DNA of 60,723 nt, filler included, from Sphacelaria rigidula (Eukaryota): assembly GCA_964200075.2 (NCBI GenBank). It is 10 parts of 10 records of this genome, joined end to end, with 100 filler letters (N's around TTAATTAATTAA, not from the genome) between each part and the next. Parts side by side here need not be neighbours in the genome. Positions count along the whole stretch, not along the records: positions 1 to 5,983 come from CAXNAA020023018.1; positions 6,084 to 12,066 come from CAXNAA020023019.1; 8 more parts are not named here. One strand, given 5' to 3'. Shown piece by piece: positions 1-11,386 of the stretch. Both the position numbers and the translations under genes were made by a program. Numbering within the stretch: position 1 is the first letter of the stretch; every line of letters begins with the position of its first letter. The notes below the pieces were generated by a model. The model had not been told where the DNA came from. It was given only the letters and a program-made list of their open reading frames with translations, and made no database searches.

Positions 1-639
1 GGGGAAGATGGCTTCGCTAGCCGCTAGTGTTTCGCGTCTTCCCTGCAAAAGAGAAATGACACTTCAACCCCATATTTTGTATCAACCACATTTTCTAGGA
101 TTCATCGTTATATAATCCAGGGTCTGGTACATCTCCACGTATAATGTAACGGAGGGTCTGGTACATCTCCGCATGTAAATGTATGTAATGTTACTCTGTG
201 ATAGCGTGGAACAAATCCGGAACATCTGGGCGAACTGCAGGTGAGGCAATTGCCATTATATTCACCTGAAAACTCTGCTCCAGTGCACTGTAAGTTGATA
301 TCGCTAGAAAGACACTATCATAACCACCTTGCCGGCTGCCAGACTGTCAGGACGTCGGGTCCGCTAGCACTGCCACTGTTTGTACGGGGATATTTGTCGG
401 GTACGTTTTGGAGCACGATACTAGATGTGGGTCATCCTTGAACATGGGCACTAGACGCTGGGCATTCTCACTCAAGACTTCGGTTTGGAGAATGATACTA
501 GGTAGGCAACAGAAATTGCTGTGTCCAGGTGACCCTTGGAGCAGGATGCGTTTGGTGTCCGTTTGACAAAGTTATCCCCAAAAACACGAAATCAATAGGG
601 GTTTCAGAGTCGAAAGAGCTAGCAAGAAAAGTGTCGTAA

Positions 640-692
640 TAATCAAGTCGCAGAAATCAAGTCGCAGAAATCAAGTCGCAGAAATCAAGTCG
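640..692 (+). repeat. 14-bp tandem repeat (AATCAAGTCGCAGA) x~4
   Basis: Consecutive copies are read directly from the sequence. Confidence 0.9.
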
Positions 693-877
693 CGAAAACG
701 GAGCCGCAAAAAACCGGTTAGTCGATTTTTTACCCGCAGCAGGAACCAAATTCACTTTTTGAAATTGGAATACAAGTTTGGCACCAAAATCACTATAGCC
801 ACCGGAAATCGCAAAGGTGCTCTCGAACGATCTTGACGAGTAGATGAAGTCATTCCGACACACGCGGCCATTTGGCT

Positions 878-1325
878 ACCCCCTCCGTGCCTCCAGAGGG
901 CATCTACAGAGTCACTCTGGATGGACGAGCGAGCCTCCAGTCGGCTAGGTTTTGCTGTCCCCTGAAGGAAGGGTATCACCCCCTCCTCCCTCTAGAGGGC
1001 ATCCACGGAGTCACTCTGGAGGGACGGATCGAAAAAGGCGAACCACCAGTCGGGTCGGGTTTGTTGTCCTCTGAAGGAAGGGCATCACCCCCTCCTCCTT
1101 ACAGAGGGTATCCACGGAGTCACAGACAGGTCAAAAAAGGTGGACCTTCAGTCGGCGCAGTTTCGCTGTCCTCTCGCATATTACAAAGGTGTCATCTCCA
1201 GTAACCCCCAGAGGTCATCCGCGAAGTCACTCCGGAGGGACGGAACGAAAAAGGCGAACCTCCGATCGGGTCTGTTTTACTGTTCTCTGAAGGGGAGGTA
1301 TCACCTCCAGTTCCCTCCAGAGATA
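878..1325 (+). repeat. Degenerate ~100-110 bp tandem repeat, ~4 units
   Basis: A GAGGGCATC.AC.GAGTCAC-like anchor recurs at ~896, 995, 1104 and 1211, each followed by a GTCGG...TTT.CTGTCC..TGAAGG-like block. Confidence 0.8.
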
Positions 1326-1444
1326 CGGAACAAACATCCCTCTGAAGGGGAGGGAGTAGACATCACTTTAGAGGCGAAAGGGTAGCCAAGACTCTAGCGG
1401 GATGTCGACCCCCTACATTCCGTAGAAGAGCTGGGCGTCAGCAA

Positions 1445-1675
1445 CGAATGATTCATTTCAGTTTCGGAATGATCGTCCACGATGCCCGATACGCTTTCTG
1501 TAGCAGCTTGCAACTAAAGCCCTCGATACCTCTGAGTTGAATATCGACGTGTAGCTGCTGGAAGCACGCGCCAGTGCTACAGGCAAAGAAAACACACACA
1601 CAAAAATGAAGCATTGGTCAAGCTGAAGCAAAAAATAACCCCCACTTTCGATCAACGCTCTACTCTTAATCTCAC
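1445..1675 (+). mobile_element. MITE-like dispersed repeat, family A (copy 1)
   Basis: Colinear with 13185-13455 and with the reverse complement of 60394-60658. Shared blocks include TTTCAGTT.CG.AA, ATCGACGTGTAG, TTGGTCAAG and ACTC..AATCTC. Confidence 0.75.
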
Positions 1676-2100
1676 GAGCACATCAGAGAGTTTCGGAAGA
1701 TATCTTTTCTCTTCATAGAGTCAGAATGCAGAGTGGAAGCGCTGGCACTTCAGAGTGGACCCTAAAAGGTTCATAGCGGAAGCTGATGTGACGTGACTTG
1801 ATGTGGAGTTATTTTCTTCGCAGTGACTGGCCGCAGGTTGTTCCGCCAAATGTGCGATCGACCAGCGTGAAGTCCGAAAATGGACAGGTCGACACAGCAT
1901 TGACCGTACCATACCCTGGGGCACCGCCGTACGTACCGTACACTGCGCTTCATTACACCTGTAGTACATCAATCCACTACTGCGCACCACAGAGTACTGT
2001 AGTGTTGTGCAGTGTAGAGTACAGACCGCGCAGTACAGAGAGTGCAATGCAGAACTCTACAACAGTACAACAGTACATGGCGGTACGGTGAACTACGGCG

Positions 2101-2354
2101 TGTGACGAAATCACGCCGTCACGTTGAGTATATGGTGATGATTGGATGATGACTTGAGAACTGTAGTGAGGATATGGAGGATGACAAGGACACAGGGGTG
2201 CTACCCTGATGTGGTTTATGAAGTCGCCTGGGAGGCACTCCAGGAATAATAAAAGGTGCTGTGAAGGCTGACAACTAAGACCTGAGGCCAGTGGAACTGG
2301 GGAGTCCCTCAACAGCATTAGACGCTGCAGTTCTAGCAACCTGCTGGCGTCACA
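2101..2354 (+). repeat. Putative 5' LTR (254 bp)
   Basis: Begins TGTGACG and ends CGTCACA (7-bp terminal inverted repeat, TG...CA), has an internal AATAAA at ~2248, and lies just upstream of gag. The 3' LTR is not in the contig, so the call is unconfirmed. Confidence 0.7.
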
Positions 2355-2530
2355 ATATCGATATTAGTGCTAGTAGTGCTAGGAGTGCTAGTTGTGCTGT
2401 CGTTAGAGACTGCTGGAGATTTTTCAGCAGGAAGGAGTATGGACAGCTTGTGATAGCTTCGGGCATATAGCTTCACGGACGCGTGAGGAGGTTTCAAGCT
2501 GAGGTTGCTGCAAAGGCGGCTGGCCCGTGA

Positions 2531-4087
2531 TTGATCCAGACTGGAGACTTGCTGGAGCTGCGTGCAGCGGGTGTTTATAGGACCCCAGGACTGTGCGGAG
2601 CGGCGAAGAAGGCAGGAGTGAATTGTGAGTTCGAGAAGGTTAAGGAATCGTCGATTGTCCGCTCGAGAATGTCGACTACAGAGGTACCGGCAATAGAGCC
2701 AGCGGAGATGACTGTAACCCCAGGCGTTCAATGGGAAGAGTTGCGGCCGCCCAGTTACGGGAATTTGTATTCTAAGTGTGCTTCTCGTTCGTTCTACACG
2801 AAATACGTGGGCTACAAAAAGAGGGTGGAGCATGCGAATGCGCGGGGTGCGGTAAGGCATCAGGTGGTTTCTATGGCGCAACTCTTGTCTACCCCCCTCC
2901 AACGGGTCTTCGCGAGAGGATTTCATGAGAAGCATAACATAACGCCGCTGCCATTGGTCGCAGCAATCAAGAAGCATGCAGGGCATGCGGCGGGCGCGGA
3001 GGTAGAGCTAACACAGGCGTCCTGGGCCGTGGCGAGGGCTGTCGCAATGAACCACAAGGAGAGGACCATGCGTGAGAGGGTGGAGCCCATAATGGATAAG
3101 TTAGGGACGTATTTTTCGGAAAATCCCAACGTCGAGATGGTTTATCAGTCCTCCGATGAGAAATTCCGTTCAGGGCCCGCTGCGGTGATCACGAAAGCGA
3201 TGGTGGAGGGTCTGGCACCGGCGGAATTCAAACAGGCCGTGCTTGTGCAGTTACAGCACGAATCAAACTGGAAGTCAGACCCGTATTTAGTTATGGATAC
3301 CGTGGTGGCTGAGGCTCAGGTATGGCGGAGGGTTGAAGTATTCGGAAAATCATCCACTTCGTCGCCGCAGTCTTCGAGCTCGCGTAACCGCGGATCAAAA
3401 CCCACAGGCAGTGCCGCCGCCAATATTACTTGCTGTCAGTGTGACCAGGTAGGCCACTACGCACGGAAGTGCCCAACGCCTTCTGAGGGGGAGTCTGGGC
3501 AGACGAGTGCCGCGCGCCCTCGCAATCACAAAGGAGGGAAATGTAATGGGGGTGGTCGCAGAGGCGAATCCTCCAGCGGTGGAAGTGTACAATCGAGTTC
3601 CCAGCAGCAGCAGCAGGGGCAGCGGCGTCAGCAGGGGTCCGGTTCTGGGTCCGGTTCAGCCGCAGGGGCTGCTGCTCCGCAACGGGCGGTGCAGGTGGGA
3701 CCGACCTCTCTAGTGTCGGGCTCGGTGGCGGCGCCGCCGGCAGCAGACCAAGGCGAGACGCCTGCGGCGGAGCCGGCCGGATTCCAGCTGAAATTTGGAT
3801 CCGCAGCTGCGTTGGCCGGAGTACCGCTGCAATTTGGTTCTGCGGGCGGGGCTTCGTACCCGCCGGCGGTGCTGGTGACCCCGGCGGGGGCGTCTATGCC
3901 TGCGCCGCGCGCGCAGCCGTGGCGCCAAGTGGGGATCACGACCAACCAGTTGGCGGAGCAGGTGCTGGTCGAGGATCAAGACAATTATATTCCTGCAGAG
4001 TTCTCCCCAATCAGCGGGCGCGGGGAGCCATATCGGTCAACGCTGTGTTGGATTCGGGCGCCCACTTCACGAGCGTGTCGGTGCTGA
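2531..4087 (+). pseudogene. gag: Retrotransposon gag (CCHC zinc knuckle), 5' end decayed
   Basis: 518-codon open frame with CCQCDQVGHYARKC (C-x2-C-x4-H-x4-C). The probable original start (ATG 2439) is cut off by TGA/TAG stops and a frameshift. Confidence 0.85.
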
Positions 4088-5983
4088 TTGTGGAGATGCT
4101 GGAGCGTCTACTCCCCGGTGAGCGAACCCGAATTCCGTTCTCGCTCGGGGCGCGGCAGGTCATCACCGCATCGGGGCAACGTATAAATGTGACGGAGCGT
4201 ACGATTCCCCTAAAGTTGGCGTTCAGGACCACCTGGGGGCCAGCGAAATTACCCCCAATATCGTTTGCGATCATGCCGGGGACGGATAGTGTCGTTCTGT
4301 TGGGCTTGTCGACGCTTCGGGGACTCGGAGTCAATCCGTATGATCGGCTGCTAGAGTCCCTAAATACGCAAATGCCGTCGCCCGGTTCGAGTGTCGAGAC
4401 GCCTGCTTTTTTGGCCCGTCGTCGCGTGAGCTTGTCGGTTGATGCTCTCCAGAAGGCGCAGGGGCAGGTGTTCGAGGAGCGCGATGAGGCGGTGGAACGC
4501 TTCGTGGAGCATGGCCCCGATATGTTTATGGAGCCGCTGGAAGAAGAGTCCGCGCGAAAGGCTGCACTTGAGGAAAGCGTGACGGATGCTGTGGCAAATG
4601 GTCTCAACGTCTCAAAAGCGGAGCGCTTGCGTGGCAAATTGTATCGCCACGTGAACGCGTTTCGTCGTGCGCTGAGGGGTGAACCCCCTGCGCGCGTGGA
4701 AGCCATGAGGGTTACACTGAAGCCAGGGGCGGCCGCGGTGAAGGCAAAACCGAGGAGATATGATCCGGTAAAGTCCAGTTGTTTAGCTCCTTACATGGGG
4801 GCTCTTGTGGCGTTTGGGTTGGTGTTCAGGAATCTACAGGCGGTGTGGTCCAGTTCAGCGCTGGCGGTGCCGAAGAAGGACTCTTTCCGTCTTGTCAGCG
4901 ATTACGGAGCCGTCAATGATCAGGTGGAGAAGTCGCCGCGTGTCATACCCAATCAGGAATCCGACATGATAGACCTGTTGAGTGCGCGATGCTTCGGTAA
5001 GTTGAACCTCCTACAGGGGTACTGGCAGATGCCGTTAGCCGAAGAGGCGCAAGAGATATTCACCATCACGATCCCGTTTGGCATGTTTACCCCGCAAAGA
5101 GTACATCAAGGCGTGTTGAATGCTACTTGCTATTTTCAAGGTGTCATGGTAGACCTTTTAGATGGCTTGAAATGCAAGATTTGGGTGGATGATGTCTTTA
5201 TCTTCGCGAATACGGAAGACGAACTGTTGGATACGCTTGATGCAATCTTGGCTCGTTTAGAGAGTGTTGGTCTGTTTGCAGTTGCCCACAAGTGTACCTT
5301 TTTTGCTAGTGAACTAGTGTGGTGTGGGAAAGTATACTCACACGGCCGCGTCTCACATGACCCGGTCCACTTGCAAGGTTTGTCTGACATGCGGCGTCCA
5401 GAAACAGCAGCAAAACTAATGCAATTCCTGCATGCAATGAACTAGTTGCGTACTTCGTTGCCACGTATGGCCGAAGTAGTGACACCCTGGCGCGTTCTCC
5501 TAGAAGAACTCATGGTGGGGGTTGCAAGGCGCACGAAGCGGGTGGCAAAAAACGGTGTTGTTCCACCCGCCTCGTGGTCGGACGACAGACTGTAGGCATG
5601 GGCGGCAGCGAAGGATCTGGTGGCTCATGCCGTGATGCTGTTCCATCCCCGCCCCGCTTGCCAGGTGCTGATGTTTCCGGATGCATCCGACTGTCATTGG
5701 GGTAGTTTTGTAACGCAAGTGCCTGATGCAAAAATGCAACAACGGTTGCCGGTTGAAGACATGACGTATGAACCGCTGGCTTTTCTGAGTGGTAATTTCA
5801 AGGGTTCACAGATGCGTGGGGCAACCACTGACAAGGAAGGTTTTGCTATCGTAAGTACTTTTCGTCGTCTCGAGCATCTATTGTGGAATGGCGTACACAT
5901 TTTCACGGATCACCGAAATCTAGCGTACATTTTCAACCCGGAGGCATGCGTGACGTCTGTGTCGAAGGCGTTGGCACAGCGAT
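3919..5983 (+). pseudogene. pol: Retrotransposon pol (protease-RT-RNase H), disrupted
   Basis: NAVLDSGA protease. The RT reads FGKLNLLQGYWQ (first catalytic Asp is Asn, AAC at 5005-5007) and KIWVDD. A TAG at 5443-5445 falls in MN*LRTSLP, and further lesions precede the RNase H frame 5620-5983. Confidence 0.93.
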
Positions 5984-6083
5984 NNNNNNNNNNNNNNNNN
6001 NNNNNNNNNNNNNNNNNNNNNNNNNNNTTAATTAATTAANNNNNNNNNNNNNNNNNNNNNNNNNNNNNNNNNNNNNNNNNNNN
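5984..6083. other. Artificial contig linker N44-TTAATTAATTAA-N44 (also 12067-12166, 18150-18249, 24232-24331, 30314-30413, 36396-36495, 42478-42577, 48560-48659, 54642-54741)
   Basis: An identical 100-bp spacer occurs nine times, and its core gives stop codons in all six frames. The intervening contigs are 5983 bp (x3) then 5982 bp (x7). Confidence 0.99.
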
Positions 6084-6117
6084 CTTATGACTATGGCATG
6101 CATGATCATGAGTACAC
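6084..6117 (+). repeat. Short dispersed repeat CTTATGACTATGGCATGCATGATCATGAGTAC (also 13666-13703, 47437-47476)
   Basis: Identical or near-identical copies on three unrelated contigs. Confidence 0.85.
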
Positions 6118-6459
6118 CCTCCAAAAACCAGCCCAAAAGTGTCACGAAAACATTGTCATACAGCGCCTGATGTTTGGGTTCAGGCTGCATGAAGCGCGTC
6201 ATATGGGTGACATTGGCCAGAACGAACTCAAGCGTGGGAATTCCCAGCTGCTCGTTGTGCTCGGCCTTTCCCATTTCAATTTACTTGAAGGGGGCACCTT
6301 TGGGGGAGTATCGTAGAAAGTGTCGCAGTGACATCAAATGACACTACCGAGCTGTATTCCTGTGTACTAAGCCAGTGATGTTGTTGTACTATGCTTGCTG
6401 TACCGAGGTGCATCGAGGCCAGTTGGTTCCCAAAATCCGACATCAACGCCTTTTTGATA

Positions 6460-6635
6460 CCGCCAAACCCTAACAGTATCCCTAGCCGTAACCACATCTC
6501 CAACCCAAGACATACCAAGAACGCTCGGGCAGGGCGGGGGGGCATAGGGTGCTCTCTCGGCAACGGATGCACTGGCAGACCTCACTCATGTCGGCGTCGC
6601 AGGTGTGCCGATTTGAGAACAAATGCACCCTGCGG
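6460..6635 (+). repeat. Dispersed repeat, some copies with a CCCTAA-like leader (also ~7720-7845 + and ~8665-8810 -)
   Basis: All three copies share CA.ACC.AGAAC.CTCGGGCA.G ... TC.GCG ... G..CCGATTT ... AA.GC. Confidence 0.7.
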
Positions 6636-9600
6636 GCGCCGCCGACCACCTAGGAGCATCTGTTGGTCCACACTGAAACCGATAATTTTGCATTTTGGCC
6701 AGAAACTGGAATATGATAGTCCACACTGAAACCTGTTCATTTTTTATTTTGACCAATAACTGGCGTAAGCTCTACTGAAGGTACCGGTGGCGGCACTTTG
6801 CTGTCTGCTGGGGACGACACTTTACTGTCTGGTCGTGCCGTGAGATTCAAAGCACGCCAGCGACGGGCAGCAATAAACGCGCGTAAACACACACGCGCAT
6901 ATCTCCCCGGGGTGGGCGAACTTGACGAATATAGCTCCAATCTGCGGCTGTAGCGTATTTGTCGTGCTGAAAACTCCGAATGTAACGTCGTTGAGAGGTC
7001 ATAGCTGTCCATCACGGCCGCTCACGAGGAGCGATGTCTGCGCGCATGTTTAATGGTGTTGACGGTTGTCGTTGGCGTGCTTGGCACCTCGTGGCACGAC
7101 CAGACGGCAGGCTTGCGCATCAAATGCTGCTGCCGGTGAAGCTTCAAAGCTAAGGGAATAACAGGCTTTCTGGGGAACCAGTCAGATAGCATGTTCATAC
7201 GTCGAAGGCACGCAGATTTCTAGAGAGCAGCACTTTTGTGGCTGGCGTAGAACGTGAAAAACACAGTACGTTCATTTTTATGAGTGCTGTCGTCTCCTCA
7301 GCACTTTTTAACACAGGCTGGTCGAACAAGAGTAGTAGCTCGAACAGTGTGACGTGTTGTCGTCGAACACACTTCCCAGAGGATCAAAAGTGGGTAACAG
7401 GCCAACCATACTTCCGGCAAACAGTTATGGGCGCGCATGACCCCCCAAAATGGGCAAAAAAGGGTCGTCGACCAATATCACGAACAGACACGAACAAACC
7501 GACTTCTGGGGCTCATCCAGGCTCGTGGGGTAAAATGTGCCTTACGCCATCGGAAGAGAACGGCATGGATCCAAGTTCATATCAAGAAAGAGTGTGCTTT
7601 ATTCAAAAATCAGAACCCTACCGTTATTTCCGTTGTTGTTCCTCACATATTACATGCCACTGGGTCGCTTTTCGTCCGCGCTTGCGATACCCTGGCATGC
7701 AAGGGGGCTGGTTGGGTTGAACAAACCCAACGCACACCGAGAACACTCGGGCAAGGGCGGTACATATATTCCTTGCATAAAGTAAGGCTTTGGTAGACCC
7801 CAAATCAGCGCCTGTGGCACCGATTTCAACGAAAACGCGTTGTATGGAGCCGAGGAGCACACGGGACCGTCAGCCCTACTGAAATTCCGATTCTCGTTGT
7901 ACGCACTCAAATAAAGTAATATCAACCATGAACATTTGTAGCCCAACGCCGGTGAGTGAAAGCAGGAAGCTCAAGCGTTTTTGGGGGGGGATGCGGACCA
8001 AAGTTGGGTCAACATGATATGCTCAACATGCGACAAAGTCATATGTACTGATGAACTTTACCAAGGACGGCCCTTACACAGACGAGTGGAGTACAAATAG
8101 TCACCGGGTGTGTAATGTGGGCTGGGCGGGTGTTGGTCCACCACCTCGTCATGGTTTGAGGAACTTGATTTATCGGCTGCCATGATTCCACAGCTTTTGT
8201 CGGACGAATGACTGACGTTTCAAAGTGTATTTGTTGTTCCGTGAGCATGGCTTTTCATTTGATGAAAATGATATTAATTAGCTCTTTTGACCGCGATGGT
8301 TGGTCACATACTGAATTGGCATCATTTTTCACTTGAAAGAAATATGCATGGTCCAGATGGACTACCCTCGCGGTCTAGACTCCAAAAATATTGTGTTGCA
8401 AGAGGGAATGAAAACAAACCGTCGTCCGTTACCCACCAGTATCGATGCAACAGAGGCGTGTCCTGGGACGGGTGTGTCCACTGAAAGACACGAATGAAGG
8501 TTCGGTGCCATGTGGCTTCAGCGAAAGTGGGCGGACGACTTTACGCTGTCTTTTGGGCCGTCTTGACGCAGTATACTTTACCGTTCGGAGGGGTAAGTTG
8601 GTTTATCTTAATTTTTGTGTGGAAGCCAAAATCCGGATCTTTCATGGGGGCTATCCTCCTAGCATGCTCAGAACGCGTTTTTGTCTAAATCGGCGCCCCA
8701 GGCGCCGATTTGAGCTCTGGCAACGCACCCGTTGCCCAGGCAACACGTTGCACCCTCCTTGCCCGAGGGTTCTCGGTATGCCTTCGTTGTGGTGAGGGTT
8801 AGGGCCAGTGTCATAATTTGTTCTCTCCGCTGCTGCGAGATCGCGAAAATGATTCTAGCTTCTGGGGGTTTGGTCGAAGGTTCAAATTCTACACCTGTCG
8901 AACATTCCACATATCTGATGTATCAACCATCTGCACTACCAAGAGTCATTCATGCGTGTCATCTGTTCTGAGGCCGTTAGACAGGAGTGAGGTTTTCGCG
9001 TTTTGTGGAGACCGGCGGGGGTTTGAGAAGCGTGTTTGCGATCATAGGCCAGTCTGTCTCAGAGAATACTCATCGCCACGGCCATCGATTGGGATGCGAC
9101 TGTTTGCACCATCTGCGCCAAGACGACAGCTACAATTGTACGGAATGATTTTTTTATTTAATCAGGATGCGATTTTTATAACGACTCAAGTGAAAAAAAA
9201 CATGTTTTTTTTGCGATTTTCTCGATCACCGTAACGTCTTAGGTAAAACCAACCAGTACGACTGTAGCTTGGACAAACACACGTCGGTTAGTAGCCGAGC
9301 CACGCCGTGGCTCGTACTCCGGAACAAGAGAACTTCGAAAGCGTGTAATGGAAGCCCTACTCAAATCAGAAGTATTTTGAGGGATTTTGCGGCGTACATA
9401 GTCAGGGGATGAACGAGATCTCGGGTCAGTTCGTGCTTTTGGTCGGTGACACGTTTTGGGCTCATTTTGGGGGGTTAGGCGCGCCCATAACAGTGTTGGA
9501 AACAATATTGAATCGGTAGCCTTTCCCTTGACGACGGCCGATTGTTTCACTGTTCCGACCACCTACAAGTGCTTTTTATCTGCTTTTCGACAGTTGTGTG

Positions 9601-10364
9601 TGTAACTCACCTCAATTTTTTCAGTTTTCCAGGTTACTCTGTGTCTTGAGCACTTGTATTCTGTGTCGTTCCCGCAGCGTCTCTTTTTTGCGCAATAGTC
9701 CGGTGAAGTGTGGACTGGCATAACACCACGCGATTCTCAGCCTCGCGGGGGTGTGGGAGCTAGGAACGGCCAAACAGAACGCTTGAGGTGTCTGTTCATT
9801 GACGCTCGATGCTTTGAATTTCAGATGTTTTGTACCCAGGAAGCAAAGGGGTGTCGCAAGGGTGATTTGTTTCCTTAGAGCAGCATATCAGCTCGATAGC
9901 CGGACGCGAGGAAGTGCATCTTTGTTGGCATGCCCTGGAAACCCTGTTGACACCTCTATTGGTTTCTCAAGGGGTGTACCGGGTGGCCGGAGGAGCACCT
10001 TGAGACGCATATTGCGATACCCTACGCCTTGGTGCGGTTGTTAGGGTATATATACTTCCAAAACGTTCTGACACGCTGTGAATAAACGAGCTACACGTCA
10101 TACCGTATACACAGAGAGAGGAAACATTACTACACTGTTTCTGGAACTCTTCACCCTTGAAACCTTTTTCATGTCGGCGCCACCGAGATATATATAGCTT
10201 CGAATCAATTGCCGGTGCACACATGGCACGTTGTCACGACGACGCCGTGGTAGGTTGTAAACAACTTGTCAATCCCAGCAGAGCATGGAACGCTGCAATA
10301 TGCCCCTCGAGGTGCTCCTCGCCCCCCCCCCCCCCCCCCCCCCCTGATTTTTTATTATATTTAG

Positions 10365-10500
10365 CGAGCGGTCCCATTATGTTTGACGTAGGTACGTCTA
10401 CATTGTGAATCATGACCAATAACGGCTGGATCTCTGGGGGATGGCTTCATATGCGACGATCAACCAACCAACTAATCGATCAATCGACCAATCAAGTTTC
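10365..10500 (+). repeat. Non-LTR retroelement-like 3' tail ending in (CAAT)n (related: ~12915-13012 +, ~41885-41935 -)
   Basis: A CTGGA.C.CTG.GGG...TGCGAC core is followed directly by a degenerate CAAT microsatellite. Confidence 0.55.
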
Positions 10501-11251
10501 CAACCCAATTCGCAGTCATGGCGAGGGATGGCATACCTCTTAGTCCGCCCACCCCCCTCCTCCCCGCCCCTTTTCTCCTCGCTTTTTCGGCCGTATTGAA
10601 AATGTTTACGTGTTGGTAAAACAAACTCACTACAAAAGCAGTATGAGGGCCTGCGCAGGCGGCTTCATATGCTGTGGGATTGATCTAACGTGTATTAACA
10701 AGTACTTGGGTGTACTAACCTCTCCCTACACTCTTCCCACAGGGTGCGATGCGGTCTCCAGGAAATAGAATGAAAAATCGCGAAAATAGTGTGTTATACA
10801 TCATTGCTCCGAGTCCACGAACGTACTTGCCACGAACGTACTTGGTTTGAGCACGTGAACAAGCTTTATTTAAGGAAGATGTGATCAAGTCTGGCCATCC
10901 ATTACCTCGGATTTGCAGTACTCCCCTCGCCAGGATTTGGACTTGTAGAAAAGAAAATAGGCGAGGTGCCTCAACGAAGAGCTATAACACCCCCTCGGTC
11001 AACGGTTCAAATGCCAGATTTGACTGCCTCCATGTGCGTGTCGCCGTCGATTGCTGCTTTCAAGAGAGGCTTACGAAAAGCAAAAGAGGTAAGTGAGTAT
11101 ACCGGCATGTACCACCGTTGCCCTGTCTGAGTTCGTTCTCCGTCGCTCTGCTCTTCTCAGGAGAGGCTCGCAAAAACGCGGCGGAGATGAGCAACCAAAA
11201 CCACTATGCACTACCTCTATATGTGCGTGTTGTGTCGATTGCTGTTCCCAG

Positions 11252-11386
11252 GAGAGGCTCATGAAGGCGGCACAGGAAGCGGCGGAACCAAGCGACGAAG
11301 AAGAGCCGCCGCCGCCACCGGAAGGGCTGCCGCCGCCCGAGGGGCTGAGCGACGATAGCGACGATAACGACGACGGTGATAATTGA
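11252..11386 (+). CDS. Putative terminal exon, acidic/Pro-rich C-terminus of unknown protein (possibly pseudogene)
   Basis: Acceptor gctgttcccag, then ERLMKAAQEAAEPSDEEEPPPPPEGLPPPEGLSDDSDDNDDGDN-stop, with GC-rich coding-like composition. Confidence 0.45.
   Translation, partial: ERLMKAAQEAAEPSDEEEPPPPPEGLPPPEGLSDDSDDNDDGDN

Larger units (their letters stand above)
2101..5983 (+). mobile_element. Ty3/Gypsy LTR retrotransposon, decayed, 3'-truncated by contig end
   Basis: A 5' LTR is followed by gag with a CCHC knuckle, then protease (LDSGA), RT (LQGYWQ, WVDD) and RNase H (FPDAS, PLAFLS, KEGFAIV, FTDHRNL). The PR-RT-RH order with no integrase before RT is Gypsy-type. Confidence 0.95.

Noticed and set aside
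2333..4706. Long minus-strand ORFs (217 aa, 231 aa)
   Set aside because: They are antisense shadows of the GC-rich gag/pol coding sequence.
6028..6039. TTAATTAATTAA recurring every ~6083 bp as a biological motif; ORFs ending XXXX-LIN
   Set aside because: It is the artificial linker embedded in N runs.
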